Positions 45,643-55,563 of a DNA stretch of 64,000 bases are shown here, piece by piece (position 1 is the stretch's first letter; every line of letters begins with the position of its first letter). Location: contig DAOULT010000061.1 of assembly GCA_034417895.1 (NCBI GenBank), forward strand, positions 22,379-86,378, written 5' to 3'. The position numbers and the translations under genes are program-made. This DNA comes from Anaerolineae bacterium (lineage in GTDB: Bacteria; Chloroflexota; Anaerolineae; CAZYHC01). The notes below the pieces were generated by a model. It saw nothing but the letters and a program-made list of their open reading frames with translations, was not told the origin of the DNA and did not search any database.

Positions 45643-48390
45643 ATGTACCAACGTTTGCGAAAGGGGGTAGCCAAAATCGATCCCGGCCTGGTGGTGATCT
45701 TTTTGGCTACCCTTTTCGTTATTTTTCCTTTCCTGCGGCCCGGTCTGCCCGGCACCGCCGATGCTCCCATCCACCTTTTTCGCGCCGCTGAATGGGGGCG
45801 TTGCTGGACGGAGGGGGTCTATTATCCTCGTTGGGCCCCTGACCTGGCTTTTGGCTACGGCTACCCTCTTTTCATTTTTGCTCCCCCCCTGCCTTACGTC
45901 ATCATCCAACTGTTTCACCTCCTGGGGGCCAGCCTGGAGACGGCCACCAGGCTGCTGCCCATCCTCTGTTTTCTCCTGGCCGGAGGGGGCATGTATCTTT
46001 TCGTCAGAGAGGTCATGGGGAGCAGAGGGGCAGTGCTGGCCGCAGTAGCCTACATCTATGCTCCCTTTCAGCTTCGGGAAGCCCTGATCTACGGCGGAAA
46101 CTATCCTCAACTCCTGGCGGTGGCCTTTTTCCCTTTCATCTTGTGGGCCATTCACCGGCTGGTGATTACGGGCCGCGCTCGGTACATGGTGATGGGCGCG
46201 GTCCTGTATGGCGGCCTGATCCTCAGCCACAATTTCCACGCTCTGGTCTTCAGCCCTCTCCTGCTGGCATACGCTTTGCTCCTTTTGCTTCTACACGGCA
46301 AGGGAAGAAGATTTCTGGACGTGGGCCTGACCGTTATTCTGGGCCTGGGCCTGACGGCGATCTTCTGGCTGCCCGCCCTCTACGAGCGGCGCTGGTGCAT
46401 GGCCCAGGAAGCTTTTTACCTGGAGCGCAGCGATTTACATCTGCGTTTTCTGGACTGGGGGGAACTGCTGGCTCCGCCGGTGCCCCTGGATTCCGCCGCC
46501 GCCAACCCGTACATGCCTTTCAGCCTGGGGCTGGCCGCTCTTTTGCTGGCATTGGTGGCCCTGCTCGTTTTCGCCCTGAAACGCTCCTTAGAAGGATTAC
46601 AGGCGGCTTTTTTTCTCCTGGTGCTGCTGGCTGCGGTCTTTCTGATGCTGCCCCTTTCCGCCCCCATCTGGGAGAGGATGCCCTTTCTGGCTACCGCCGA
46701 GTTCCCCTGGCGCTTTATGGGTCTGGCCAGTGTGGCGGTCGCTTTTCTGGCCGGGGCCAGCCTGCATCTGTTGGAGGGTGGAAGGGTGGAAGGGTGGAAG
46801 AAAACGCTTGCTCTCGCTGGTTGTTTACTTTTCGTGTGGCTGACCTCGGCTGTCTACCTTTATCCGCCCAGGCCCTTTGTCCTTTACGGCACCCCCTCCC
46901 TGGCCGATGCTGTGCGGTTCGAGGTGGCGACCCAGACCATCGGCACCACCACCCTGGGCGAATATAACCCGCGCTGGGTCGAGGCGGTGCCTTCTACCTC
47001 TCCTCTGGTGGAGGATTATCTGGCCGGACGCCCCCTCGATAAGCTGGACCGTGAGGCCCTGCCCGACGGTGTGCGGGCCGATAAGCTGGAACACACGGCC
47101 ATTTCCGACCGCTACCATTTCCAGAGCGCAGAGCCATTTGTGGCCCGCTTCCACACCTTCTACTTTCCTGGCTGGCGAGCTTACCTGGACGGCCAGCCCG
47201 TAGAGATCGAGATCACCAAACCCGAGGGTCTAGTGGCCGTGACCGTGCCCGCCGGAGAGCACAAGCTCCTGCTCCGCTTCGAGAGCACGCCCGACCGCGC
47301 CATTGGCGGCCTACTCTCTCTGGCCTCGGTTCTGGGGCTGGGGGCGGTGGCCGTCTTCCGCGGCGGACAGGCATCCGAACGCTCTCCCAAACGAGTCCTG
47401 CCCACGAGACAGGCCCTGGGCCTATCCTGTCTCGTGCTGGCCCTCTTCCTGGTCAAAGTGGCAATCATCGACCCTTACACCACCCTGTTCCGGCGGCGCT
47501 CTCCAGCGGGCCAGGTCATAGGGGTTGAACATCCAGCCCACGTCAACCTGGACGACAAAGTTCTCTTCCTGGGCTACGACCTGGCAAGCGACACGGTGCG
47601 CCAGGGCGAGGCTCTGCATCTGCGACTATACTGGCAGGCCCTACACCCCCTGGAAAAAAATTACAGTTCTTTCGTGCACCTGGACGCCCGGCCCGATCTT
47701 ACCACTCACGCCGGGTCCGATAACCCCCATCCGGGCGACGCCAGGGCGCAGATAGATATCCCGACGACCACCTGGAGCACTGACACTTACGTCCGAGACG
47801 AACACCACCTGGCAGTAGCGGCCCAAATCCTGCCCGTGGAGTACATCCTGCGCGTGGGGCTTTACGATCAGAAGACGAACGAGAGGCTGGCCGTGCTGAA
47901 CGACCAGGGAGAGGCGGTGGACGAGGCCATCACCTTGCAGCCCATCCAGGTATTATGGGCCAGGCCGCCGAAGCCGTCTTATCAGGAGCAGTTTGTCCTG
48001 GGTGGCAAAATCGAGTTTCCAGGCTACGATCTGAGCGGCACGGCGCTCCAGGCCGGCGATACTCTGGAAGTCAGGTTGTATTGGCGGGCAACAGCAAAAG
48101 TGGAGAGGGATTATACCGTTTTCGTGCACCTTCTGGACGAAGGGGGCCAGATGCGAGGGCAAAAAGATGGCCCGCCCGCCGAAGGCATGTATCCCACCAC
48201 CTCGTGGCGGACGGGTCTGGTGGTCGAAGACCGGCACCTGATCCCTCTAACGGTCGCCCCTGGCCGCTACCGACTGGCGGCAGGCATGTACGATTTGAAA
48301 ACACTGGAAAGGCTGGCAACCGTGGACGCCGCCGGGGAACGCCTGCCGGACGATCAGATCATCCTCGGCCAGGAGATAATCGTCAGGTAA
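45643..48390 (+). CDS. Polytopic membrane protein (putative GT-C-like glycosyltransferase) with two C-terminal LYW repeats, paralogous to the C-terminus of 32212..35061
   Basis: About 12 transmembrane helices precede repeats of LFLGYDLASDTVRQGEALHLRLYWQAL ... and EFPGYDLSGTALQAGDTLEVRLYWRA ... TTSWRTG ... APGRYRLAAGMYD. Confidence 0.75.
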   Translation: MYQRLRKGVAKIDPGLVVIFLATLFVIFPFLRPGLPGTADAPIHLFRAAEWGRCWTEGVYYPRWAPDLAFGYGYPLFIFAPPLPYVIIQLFHLLGASLETATRLLPILCFLLAGGGMYLFVREVMGSRGAVLAAVAYIYAPFQLREALIYGGNYPQLLAVAFFPFILWAIHRLVITGRARYMVMGAVLYGGLILSHNFHALVFSPLLLAYALLLLLLHGKGRRFLDVGLTVILGLGLTAIFWLPALYERRWCMAQEAFYLERSDLHLRFLDWGELLAPPVPLDSAAANPYMPFSLGLAALLLALVALLVFALKRSLEGLQAAFFLLVLLAAVFLMLPLSAPIWERMPFLATAEFPWRFMGLASVAVAFLAGASLHLLEGGRVEGWKKTLALAGCLLFVWLTSAVYLYPPRPFVLYGTPSLADAVRFEVATQTIGTTTLGEYNPRWVEAVPSTSPLVEDYLAGRPLDKLDREALPDGVRADKLEHTAISDRYHFQSAEPFVARFHTFYFPGWRAYLDGQPVEIEITKPEGLVAVTVPAGEHKLLLRFESTPDRAIGGLLSLASVLGLGAVAVFRGGQASERSPKRVLPTRQALGLSCLVLALFLVKVAIIDPYTTLFRRRSPAGQVIGVEHPAHVNLDDKVLFLGYDLASDTVRQGEALHLRLYWQALHPLEKNYSSFVHLDARPDLTTHAGSDNPHPGDARAQIDIPTTTWSTDTYVRDEHHLAVAAQILPVEYILRVGLYDQKTNERLAVLNDQGEAVDEAITLQPIQVLWARPPKPSYQEQFVLGGKIEFPGYDLSGTALQAGDTLEVRLYWRATAKVERDYTVFVHLLDEGGQMRGQKDGPPAEGMYPTTSWRTGLVVEDRHLIPLTVAPGRYRLAAGMYDLKTLERLATVDAAGERLPDDQIILGQEIIVR
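46776..46799 (+). repeat. Perfect tandem repeat (GGGTGGAA)x3 inside the CDS
   Basis: It is directly visible in the sequence. It encodes EGGRVEGWKK. The 8-nt unit is not a multiple of 3. Confidence 0.6.
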
Positions 48391-48435
48391 GAAGGGACAG
48401 GTGACGAATAACCACCTGCCCCCACTCCCCACTCC

Positions 48436-48963
48436 CTACTTTTTCGGCTCCAGGTTATAAGTCAGGCCGGTGATCTTCCAGCGCCCTTCTTCCTTTTCGA
48501 AGGTCCACTCATCTCCGCCTGGGGAGACCTCCTTGCCGATGGTGGTGGTGGAAACGGCGGTGGCTGCCGCGCCTTCGATGGTGATCTCAGCCTCGGTGGT
48601 GGCCGCCTCGTCGGGGGCCGAGGGGAAGACCAGGGTCACGTACCGCTCGCGGATGGCGTCGTGGCCTTCCCACTGACTGTCATCACTGGGGTCGTCCGGG
48701 GTGTGGTTGGCGTCGGTGATCACCCCCTCCTCGTCCCAGATGTCCAGCAGGCGGTCGATGTCCTGCTGCAAGATGCCTTCCTTCTCGGCGTTCAATAGTT
48801 GCCAGATAGCCTCCTCGTCGGTGGCGGGCACGGGCGTCGGGGTAGGCGGCTCCCTGGTGGGCATGGCGATGGGGGTGGGTGGAGGCGCGGGCGCCGCCCG
48901 ACCGCCACAGCCCCCCAAGACGATAATGACCACAATCAGACAGACAAATAAACCTTTTTTCAT
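48436..48963 (-). CDS. Lipoprotein with an NTF2-like/SnoaL-like fold (hypothetical)
   Basis: It has a signal peptide plus lipobox (VLGGCGG). The C-terminus shows an NTF2-like pattern. Confidence 0.55.
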   Translation of the reverse strand: MKKGLFVCLIVVIIVLGGCGGRAAPAPPPTPIAMPTREPPTPTPVPATDEEAIWQLLNAEKEGILQQDIDRLLDIWDEEGVITDANHTPDDPSDDSQWEGHDAIRERYVTLVFPSAPDEAATTEAEITIEGAAATAVSTTTIGKEVSPGGDEWTFEKEEGRWKITGLTYNLEPKK

Positions 48964-49080
48964 CCCTGTATAATCCCTCCTTACGAGGCCATATCATACC
49001 ACAACTATAGAAATTCAGCAAGCTTGACTGGAGGGACGGATTTCAAAACGCAGCCCCTGTGAAAGCAACGCCAACCTGAG

Positions 49081-49109
49081 TTGATAAACTTCCATACGTA
49101 TGATATAAT
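49081..49109 (+). promoter_or_regulatory. Promoter TTGATA-17-TATAAT
   Basis: TTGATAaacttccatacgtatgaTATAAT. The track ORF that starts here is spurious at its 5' end. Confidence 0.4.
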
Positions 49110-49146
49110 AATTCCAGTTCTAAGAGGCAAAATGGGGAGGTTCACT

Positions 49147-51540
49147 ATGAGTCGCAGATTTCAAATTCGCTTGTTCTGGACTATCTTCAGCAGCTTACTA
49201 TTTATCCCCATCCTGGGCCTGTTACTCCCCATGTCGGTCATCCCGACAAAAGCCCAAACCAGCAGCATCTACGGTTTTGTCACCGAGCCTGACGGAGTGA
49301 CGCCCGTGCTGAATTGCGACGTTGAGCTTTGGCCGATGCGCGCCAGCGCGCCTATAGCCTGGGATACTACCCTCATCGACGGCTCTTTCGTCTTTGCTAC
49401 CGAATCATTGTCCCCCGGCCAGTACCAGGTTATAGCCCGTCAACCCGGCGGCGCATTCGGGGCTTCTGTCCCCCATACCATTTATCTGGGGAACAACGTC
49501 ACCGATGTCAAGGTGGACCTCATCCGTCTCACCTATCCCCAGCTTGAGGGGGTGGTGGTAGGCCCGGAGGGCACCACTCCCCCAGAGGCCATAGAGGTCA
49601 ACCTGGTAAGCGCCGATGGCAAAATCTCCCAGTGGGATTCCAGCACCCCCACCAGGCACTTCAGATTTGGTGGTCTGCCGCCCGGCGCCTATACCCTTGG
49701 GGTCGAAGTGCCGGACGGCGCTCCCTTCTGGGCCCCAGGCTCGATGCCGATCACCATTGAAGAAAAAGATATCTATCAGCCCTCCAGCACCCAGTTTGTA
49801 ACCATCAAGCTGACCTATCCCCAGATTGTGGGCGCGGTCATGCAACCGGACGGCGTCACCCGTTACGAGGGAGGAGACGTCAACCTGCGCAGCGCAGACG
49901 GCACGGTCTCGCTGTGGGACAGCAGCGGCCCCGATAAAGACTTTACGTTTGGACAGGTGGAGCCAGGCTCGTACACCGTCCAGGCCATGGTGCCGGATGA
50001 CTCGCCTTACTGGCCTGCCGCGCCGGTAGAGATCATCGTCACGGAGGACGCCCAGGTGGCCGGTCCTGAGTTTGTGACCATCACCCTGAGCTATCCCCAG
50101 GTGGCAGGCGTGGTGGTGGAACCGGAAACCAACCAGCGGGTCTCCACCCCGAACGTCAACCTGTACAAAGCCGACCATTCCATTTCGGAGTGGGGTTCGA
50201 CCACCATCACCGCCCCCTTCCGCTTTGGGGGTTTGCCTGTCGGGGATTACTTCCTGGAAGCCAGTGCGGAGGGAGAAGAAACGCCCCTCCTGTCCACAGA
50301 GCCGCTGGCCGTGGCCCTGAAGGAGCCGGGCGAGTATCGGGAGAGCGGCCCCCAGACTGTGACCCTGACCCTGACTTACGTTCAGGTCAAGGGGGTGGTG
50401 GTGGAGCCGGACGGCGTCACCCGAGCCGCGGTGGAGGGAGTGAACCTGCGAAACGCGAACGCGACCATCACCCGCTGGTCCCGGACCACTATCACCAGTC
50501 CTTTTACTTTCGGCGGGTTGCCTGCCGGCGAATACGTTCTGGAGGCCAGCCTGGAGGAGACCTCGCCCTACTGGTCAACGGAGCCGCTATATGTGGCCGT
50601 CAGCGCAGAGAGCAAGTACCAGGCAGAGGCGGTCCAGTTCGTTACCCTGACGCTTTACTATCCCCAGGTGGCAGGCATCGTTGTGGAGCCGGACGGCGTC
50701 ACCCCGGCCTCGACGGGCGACGTAAACATGAAGACTCCCGATGGCGCTATCTCGCTGTGGGATACCGTCGCCGCTGGCAAATTCCGCTTTGGAGGAGTGC
50801 GAGCCGGCACCTATAACCTGGAAGCTCTGGCTTCTGAAAACTCGCCCTTCTGGAATTCGCGGGGCATATCCCTCACCATTGCCGAGGGCGAACGCTATCC
50901 CAAACAGCCACCCAGGGCTATCGTCCTGACTCTGACCTATCCTCAGATTGTGGGCCGGGTGGTAGAGCCGGATGGCGTCACCCAGCTCGGCGGCGTGGAA
51001 GCATATCTGAAGAGCGTCGATGGCACCACTGAGCAGTGGAGTACCAGCACCAGCACTACTCCTTTCCGCTTCAGCGGACTGAAAGCGGGCCACTATATCC
51101 TGGAGGTTCATTTGCCGGCCGGCGTACCTTTCTGGCCGCCAGCCTCCACGACCATCAACGTGGAGGAGAGCATCCAGGATCGCCCCCCCGAGGTCATCAC
51201 CCTGATGGCAGGATATCCTGACGTGGTGGGCAGAGTCATTTACGAGGGCCAGCCCGTGCCTGGAGCTTACCTGGGAGCTTATACCCTGGATGGTTCGATC
51301 TCTAACTGGACGTTCAGCGACGACCAGGGATATTTTGCCATCGGCGGGCTGCTCCCCGACAGGTACATCCTGGATATAACAGGCCCTGTGCCCGAAGAGG
51401 CCAGGTATTGGATCGGTCCGCCCGCCCAGATCGCCTTCGAAGTGGCGGCTGCGGAGGATGAAGGGCACACGCCTCTAGACCTGGGCGTCATCGAGTTAGT
51501 AAAATGGCCTTCGCTGGTAGACAGCCGTCTGAGTCAGTAG
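49147..51540 (+). CDS. Secreted protein made of about 8 tandem carboxypeptidase-regulatory-like (prealbumin-fold) repeats
   Basis: GGGGAGG precedes the ATG at 49147. It has a signal peptide. Repeats of about 95 aa begin LTYPQ(I/V)(V/A)G.V.EPDGVT and contain FRFGGLP.G.Y.LEA. Confidence 0.75.
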   Translation: MSRRFQIRLFWTIFSSLLFIPILGLLLPMSVIPTKAQTSSIYGFVTEPDGVTPVLNCDVELWPMRASAPIAWDTTLIDGSFVFATESLSPGQYQVIARQPGGAFGASVPHTIYLGNNVTDVKVDLIRLTYPQLEGVVVGPEGTTPPEAIEVNLVSADGKISQWDSSTPTRHFRFGGLPPGAYTLGVEVPDGAPFWAPGSMPITIEEKDIYQPSSTQFVTIKLTYPQIVGAVMQPDGVTRYEGGDVNLRSADGTVSLWDSSGPDKDFTFGQVEPGSYTVQAMVPDDSPYWPAAPVEIIVTEDAQVAGPEFVTITLSYPQVAGVVVEPETNQRVSTPNVNLYKADHSISEWGSTTITAPFRFGGLPVGDYFLEASAEGEETPLLSTEPLAVALKEPGEYRESGPQTVTLTLTYVQVKGVVVEPDGVTRAAVEGVNLRNANATITRWSRTTITSPFTFGGLPAGEYVLEASLEETSPYWSTEPLYVAVSAESKYQAEAVQFVTLTLYYPQVAGIVVEPDGVTPASTGDVNMKTPDGAISLWDTVAAGKFRFGGVRAGTYNLEALASENSPFWNSRGISLTIAEGERYPKQPPRAIVLTLTYPQIVGRVVEPDGVTQLGGVEAYLKSVDGTTEQWSTSTSTTPFRFSGLKAGHYILEVHLPAGVPFWPPASTTINVEESIQDRPPEVITLMAGYPDVVGRVIYEGQPVPGAYLGAYTLDGSISNWTFSDDQGYFAIGGLLPDRYILDITGPVPEEARYWIGPPAQIAFEVAAAEDEGHTPLDLGVIELVKWPSLVDSRLSQ

Positions 51541-51600
51541 AAGCTACGTAACAGGGGCCTGGCGCTTTAGAAGCGCCAGGCGATTGGAGAGGAAGCAACC

Positions 51601-52419
51601 ATGAAACGTATAGCGCTATTCGCAGCCCTGATTATAGTTTTGATCGCCGCCTGGGGAGGGGCGGACTTGACCTCGGGGGCCGCCCCCTTACCGGCGAGCA
51701 CCCCGCCCCCTGGGGCCGGTCAGGTTTTTTGGCACGCCCGCATCGTGCAACAATACGGGGCCCCTATGGGCGCCACCCTGATCGTGCAGACGATAGGAGC
51801 GCCTGGTATGCCCATAGAGGTCATTGCCGAGGGCGTAAATTTGCAGAACTTCACCGGCACCAAGCCGGAGTATGAATCTGCCTGCGAGTTCGTTGGACTC
51901 AAGCCGGGCACTTATCTGGTCTTCGCCCGCGACCTGCACATGGGCCTCTACGTCGATCTCAGGCGAGGTGGGTTCGCCCTGGTGGAGTTCAGGCCCTACA
52001 CCGGCTTCCCGCCGGGCGCTCCGGCCCCAAGGTGTATATTGCGGGTGGTCAATAATGTTACTCAAGCGGTGCGCCTGACCATCGAGAACTACGAATACGA
52101 CATCCAACCCAAAATACCCCAAACCATAAGCATCGATCCAGGAATTCATTCCTACACTATCTCCTCCGTCGATTACGGCTCGATCACCGCGGAGATGGAC
52201 TTCCAGGTGGGCTACTGGACGTGGAACATCGACGCCTGGGGCGACTTCGGCCCTACCCCCACCCCTATGCCAGACACAGGCACATTTGTGCAGGGCCACT
52301 ATTATTACGGCGCACTTACGCCTACACCTGCACCTACGCCCACTCCAGGAGTCACCCCAGAGGTCACAGGGGAGGTGGTGTCCTCTCCCGAAGATATGCC
52401 CGAAACGGGCGTGCCCTAG
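51601..52419 (+). CDS. Secreted hypothetical protein with a Thr/Pro-rich C-terminal tail
   Basis: It has a signal peptide and a TPTPMPDTG ... TPTPAPTPTPG tail. Confidence 0.5.
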   Translation: MKRIALFAALIIVLIAAWGGADLTSGAAPLPASTPPPGAGQVFWHARIVQQYGAPMGATLIVQTIGAPGMPIEVIAEGVNLQNFTGTKPEYESACEFVGLKPGTYLVFARDLHMGLYVDLRRGGFALVEFRPYTGFPPGAPAPRCILRVVNNVTQAVRLTIENYEYDIQPKIPQTISIDPGIHSYTISSVDYGSITAEMDFQVGYWTWNIDAWGDFGPTPTPMPDTGTFVQGHYYYGALTPTPAPTPTPGVTPEVTGEVVSSPEDMPETGVP

Positions 52420-52494
52420 TCGCCTGTTGTTGGCCGGGTGGTTATCAGGTGACTGAGCGGGTTGTTCGTGCATTATGGCAGATATAGATGACAA

Positions 52495-52872
52495 ATGAAA
52501 CGCGTTGCTCTACTCGTCGTGATCCTGGGAGCTTTGTTCCCTTTTGGGTGGCTGACCCTTTACTCTGCGCCGTATCGTTCGGTTTTCAGGTACGCCTTTG
52601 CCAGCCCATTGACCCACTTGCTGATGCACGCGGCCATCTTCTTGAGCCTGGGCTATTTGCTGGCAGTGTGCTTTTCGGGCCGGGAGCTGACGAACCGGCG
52701 CCTGTTGATTCTGATTGCAGTCGTCGTTATGGTTGCTATCTTGCAGGAGACCTTTCAATTGATGTATAAGTCACGGCTTCCTGGGGAAGCCGAATGGTTT
52801 GATCTGGGCACCGACATGGTTGGAGGCGCGGTGGGGATTATCTTGTATGGCCTCACAAAAAAGGTCTCTTAA
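52495..52872 (+). CDS. Small membrane protein, possibly VanZ-like
   Basis: It has four predicted transmembrane helices. The family assignment is weak. Confidence 0.4.
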   Translation: MKRVALLVVILGALFPFGWLTLYSAPYRSVFRYAFASPLTHLLMHAAIFLSLGYLLAVCFSGRELTNRRLLILIAVVVMVAILQETFQLMYKSRLPGEAEWFDLGTDMVGGAVGIILYGLTKKVS

Positions 52873-52893
52873 AAAGATGCCTGGGAAACAAAA

Positions 52894-52926
52894 AGCCACT
52901 CCCTGGCAAGATAGGAGTGGCTTTTA
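52894..52926. terminator. Bidirectional intrinsic terminator between convergent genes
   Basis: AAGCCACTCC-ctggcaagat-GGAGTGGCTT is flanked by A5 and T4, so U-tracts are present on both strands. Confidence 0.5.
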
Positions 52927-52936
52927 CCTGGCAACC

Positions 52937-54412
52937 TCACCACATGATCAGGCCCACGTTTATCAGGGCCTTGATCATGATCCCCAGGCCCAGAACGATG
53001 CCTGCCATCCCGCTGATCAGGGGTAAACTTTGGGCCAGGCGGTCAAGGCCGCTCATCTTTGCCAGGAAAGATTTGGAGGTGACAGTCAGGACGCTGACAG
53101 CGATCACGATGGCTCCCAGGCCGAAGCTGAAAGCCACGATCAGGGCCAGCCCGAGCAGTATCTTTTTCAGGTCTATCGCCACCAGCATGATAGCCATTTC
53201 GGTGGGGCAGGGCACCAGACTACCCGAAATAGCCAGGATAAAGATGTCTCGCAGAGGCACACGGCCTTGATCGCCACGATGATCATGATGACCATGACCG
53301 CAGCCGTGATGTCTGCCCTCGAAGTGCTCAGCCAGGTGGTTCAGGCACAGGATCATCAGCAAAAGAGCGGCGGCAATCTTTACGTAGGGGACGATGTTTT
53401 GAGGCACAAAGTAACGGGCCGCCACCATCATCACCAGGCTCAGGACGGTGGCGTTAATGGTATGGGCCAGGGTCACCACCCCACCCAGCAGGGCCGCGTG
53501 TCCTAACGTCCCCCTGGAGCCCACCAGATAGGCGGCTACAAAAGCCTGGCTGTGGCCGGGTGTCAGGGAGTGGAAAACGCCCAATACGACCGCTACAGTC
53601 AGAGCCACGATCACAAAACTCAGGCTAGAATCCGACTCCTGAAGGATGCTCCCCAGCTTCTTTTGGGCCAGGCTTTGTAACTGGCTGGGGGCCTGTTGCT
53701 GAGGGGTGACTTTCTCCGCCGGGCCGGGGGGCAACACGCAGGGCAGGTTCCGACCCTGGTAAGCGCCGCTTATGGAGGAAGAAAAGTCCTCCTCAGAGCT
53801 TTTCCCTCCGGCAGAACATCTCTTCTCCAGCCAGGCCCTCGTCTCTTCAGAGACCTCTCCCCGGCCATAGACCGCCAGGAAGCAGTTGGCCTGTTCGTTA
53901 TTGCATTGACCCAGGATATCGATCCCGCTGGATTGATCAGATTGAATCTCGTACCAGTATGAGTTCTGCCAGTCGGAATAGGTGTGGTTGGCGTATTCCA
54001 GCCGATGGACCCCTTGTATGGGACCTGTCTGCACGCGAAGACGGAGGGCGACAGGCTCCAGACCTATCGTAAACTTATCACGTTCGGGGATAACGACTTC
54101 TTCGAGCTTCCAGGCGACGGCCTCGTCGTCTATCTTTATAAGGAGGGCTTCCATCATCCGTTGCGCCCAGCCCTCCATCTCTGCCTCTGTCACCTGCATG
54201 TCGCCGCTCAAGTCTGCTTCGGCCAGAAGCTTGTGGGCGGCCAGAGTGTTAGCCCTGATCTCCAGGTTCAGGCTGATCCCCTCGGCATCGATCATCAGAT
54301 AGGACCACTGATGGGCGTGGGGATTAAGGGGATGGGCCGCCGCAGGAGAAGCGAGGAGCAGAAAGAAACTCCCTGCCAGAAACAGTGGTAGGATTCTCCA
54401 AATGATTTTCAT
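52937..54412 (-). CDS. Putative nickel/cobalt transporter (RcnA/NicO-like membrane domain with a His-rich loop) fused to a 290-aa N-terminal extracytoplasmic domain
   Basis: HSLTPGHSQ and LVPCPTEM resemble RcnA motifs. The loop HFEGRHHGCGHGHHDHRGD is His-rich. It has an N-terminal signal peptide. Confidence 0.55.
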   Translation of the reverse strand: MKIIWRILPLFLAGSFFLLLASPAAAHPLNPHAHQWSYLMIDAEGISLNLEIRANTLAAHKLLAEADLSGDMQVTEAEMEGWAQRMMEALLIKIDDEAVAWKLEEVVIPERDKFTIGLEPVALRLRVQTGPIQGVHRLEYANHTYSDWQNSYWYEIQSDQSSGIDILGQCNNEQANCFLAVYGRGEVSEETRAWLEKRCSAGGKSSEEDFSSSISGAYQGRNLPCVLPPGPAEKVTPQQQAPSQLQSLAQKKLGSILQESDSSLSFVIVALTVAVVLGVFHSLTPGHSQAFVAAYLVGSRGTLGHAALLGGVVTLAHTINATVLSLVMMVAARYFVPQNIVPYVKIAAALLLMILCLNHLAEHFEGRHHGCGHGHHDHRGDQGRVPLRDIFILAISGSLVPCPTEMAIMLVAIDLKKILLGLALIVAFSFGLGAIVIAVSVLTVTSKSFLAKMSGLDRLAQSLPLISGMAGIVLGLGIMIKALINVGLIMW

Positions 54413-54472
54413 AGGCTCTACCTGGGCTATCAGCCCCGGAAAATCTCGTGACCCGGGTAACCTACCACCTGA

Positions 54473-55558
54473 CTACGGCGACCACAGGGGCCTTATATCG
54501 TCAGCCGGGTCGTCAGTCAGCCTCCTCTGGTTGGAGCCGTCGCTATTCATAACGTAGATGTTCCAGTTGCCGTCGCGCTCGGATTGGAAGACGAGGTGCT
54601 GGCTATCGGGCGACCAGGCAGGCGCCACATCGCTCCCCTGAGCGTCGGTCAGCCTGGTCAGGTTCAAGCCGTCGCTGTCTACGACGAAGATATCGGACTC
54701 GCCCTCCGAGACCACGGCCACGAACGCGATCCTGGTCCCATCCGGCGACCAGGCGGGGGAATGGCAATCGTGAGCAGACTCCAGCAGCCGGGTCAGGTTT
54801 GTGCCATCGCGGTCGATGAGGTACAACTGGTTCAGTTCGGGGTCAGCGCGCCGCGAGGCAAAAACGAGGCGCTGATTATCCGGCGACCAGGCCGGGTAGC
54901 CATCCCGGAATTCGTCACGGGTCAGGTTAAGGCCGCGCGAGCCGTCCGCCTCAGAAGCGAAGAGGTCGGTGCTGCCCCCGAAGGTGCGGGCAAAGGCCAG
55001 GCTGCTGCCATCGGCCGACCAAGTGAAATCGTAGCCATCTTCTGGCAGGCGCTCCAGGGTAACCTGGTCCGAGCCGTCGCTGTTCATGGCTACAAAAATG
55101 GGCCCCATAGGCCCGGCGGTGGAAAAGACCAGCCGGTCGTGGCCTATCCAGGACACGGCCCAGTCTTCGCCTCTCTCTGTCGTCAGCCGGGTGAGGTTGG
55201 AGCCATCGCTGTCCATGACGTACACCTCCAGGTTGCCGTCCCGTTCGGAGGTAAAGGCGATCTTATCCCCGGATGCTCGTGGCGTGGGAGTAGCCGTCGG
55301 ATTCCTTTGCAGACTTCCCGGTATGGCCTCGCTGCCTCCCGGGCCGGGCGTGGCCGTGGGTCCCGAGGGAGTAACGGTAGGCTCAATTAACACCTCCTCC
55401 GCTTCGGGCATTTCGACCGGTTCCTGGCTGCCCACGTCCCCTTTGAGGCCGGCCCGCATTCGGAAAACGGCCCACCCAAAGAAGCATGGTATCAGTATGA
55501 GCATCGCAATTATTATAGAAGTGTTTCTGCCTCCACGCATGATACCTCCGTGCTCCAA
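54473..55558 (-). CDS. TolB-like WD40/PD40 beta-propeller repeat protein, secreted or anchored
   Basis: It has repeated DGS..L..T ... D..P.WSPDG units and an N-terminal transmembrane/signal segment. Confidence 0.7.
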   Translation of the reverse strand: MEHGGIMRGGRNTSIIIAMLILIPCFFGWAVFRMRAGLKGDVGSQEPVEMPEAEEVLIEPTVTPSGPTATPGPGGSEAIPGSLQRNPTATPTPRASGDKIAFTSERDGNLEVYVMDSDGSNLTRLTTERGEDWAVSWIGHDRLVFSTAGPMGPIFVAMNSDGSDQVTLERLPEDGYDFTWSADGSSLAFARTFGGSTDLFASEADGSRGLNLTRDEFRDGYPAWSPDNQRLVFASRRADPELNQLYLIDRDGTNLTRLLESAHDCHSPAWSPDGTRIAFVAVVSEGESDIFVVDSDGLNLTRLTDAQGSDVAPAWSPDSQHLVFQSERDGNWNIYVMNSDGSNQRRLTDDPADDIRPLWSP

Positions 55559-55563
55559 TCACT

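Noticed and set aside
51557-51580. Perfect 8-bp hairpin CCTGGCGC-tttagaa-GCGCCAGG between the two secreted-protein genes
   Set aside because: No U-tract follows. It could be an RNA-processing or stability element, but the evidence is too thin to call it a terminator.
51601-52419. C-terminal ...DMPETGVP resembling an LPXTG sortase signal
   Set aside because: The protein ends 2 residues after the TG, with no hydrophobic anchor or charged tail. No sortase is nearby. It is probably a coincidence.
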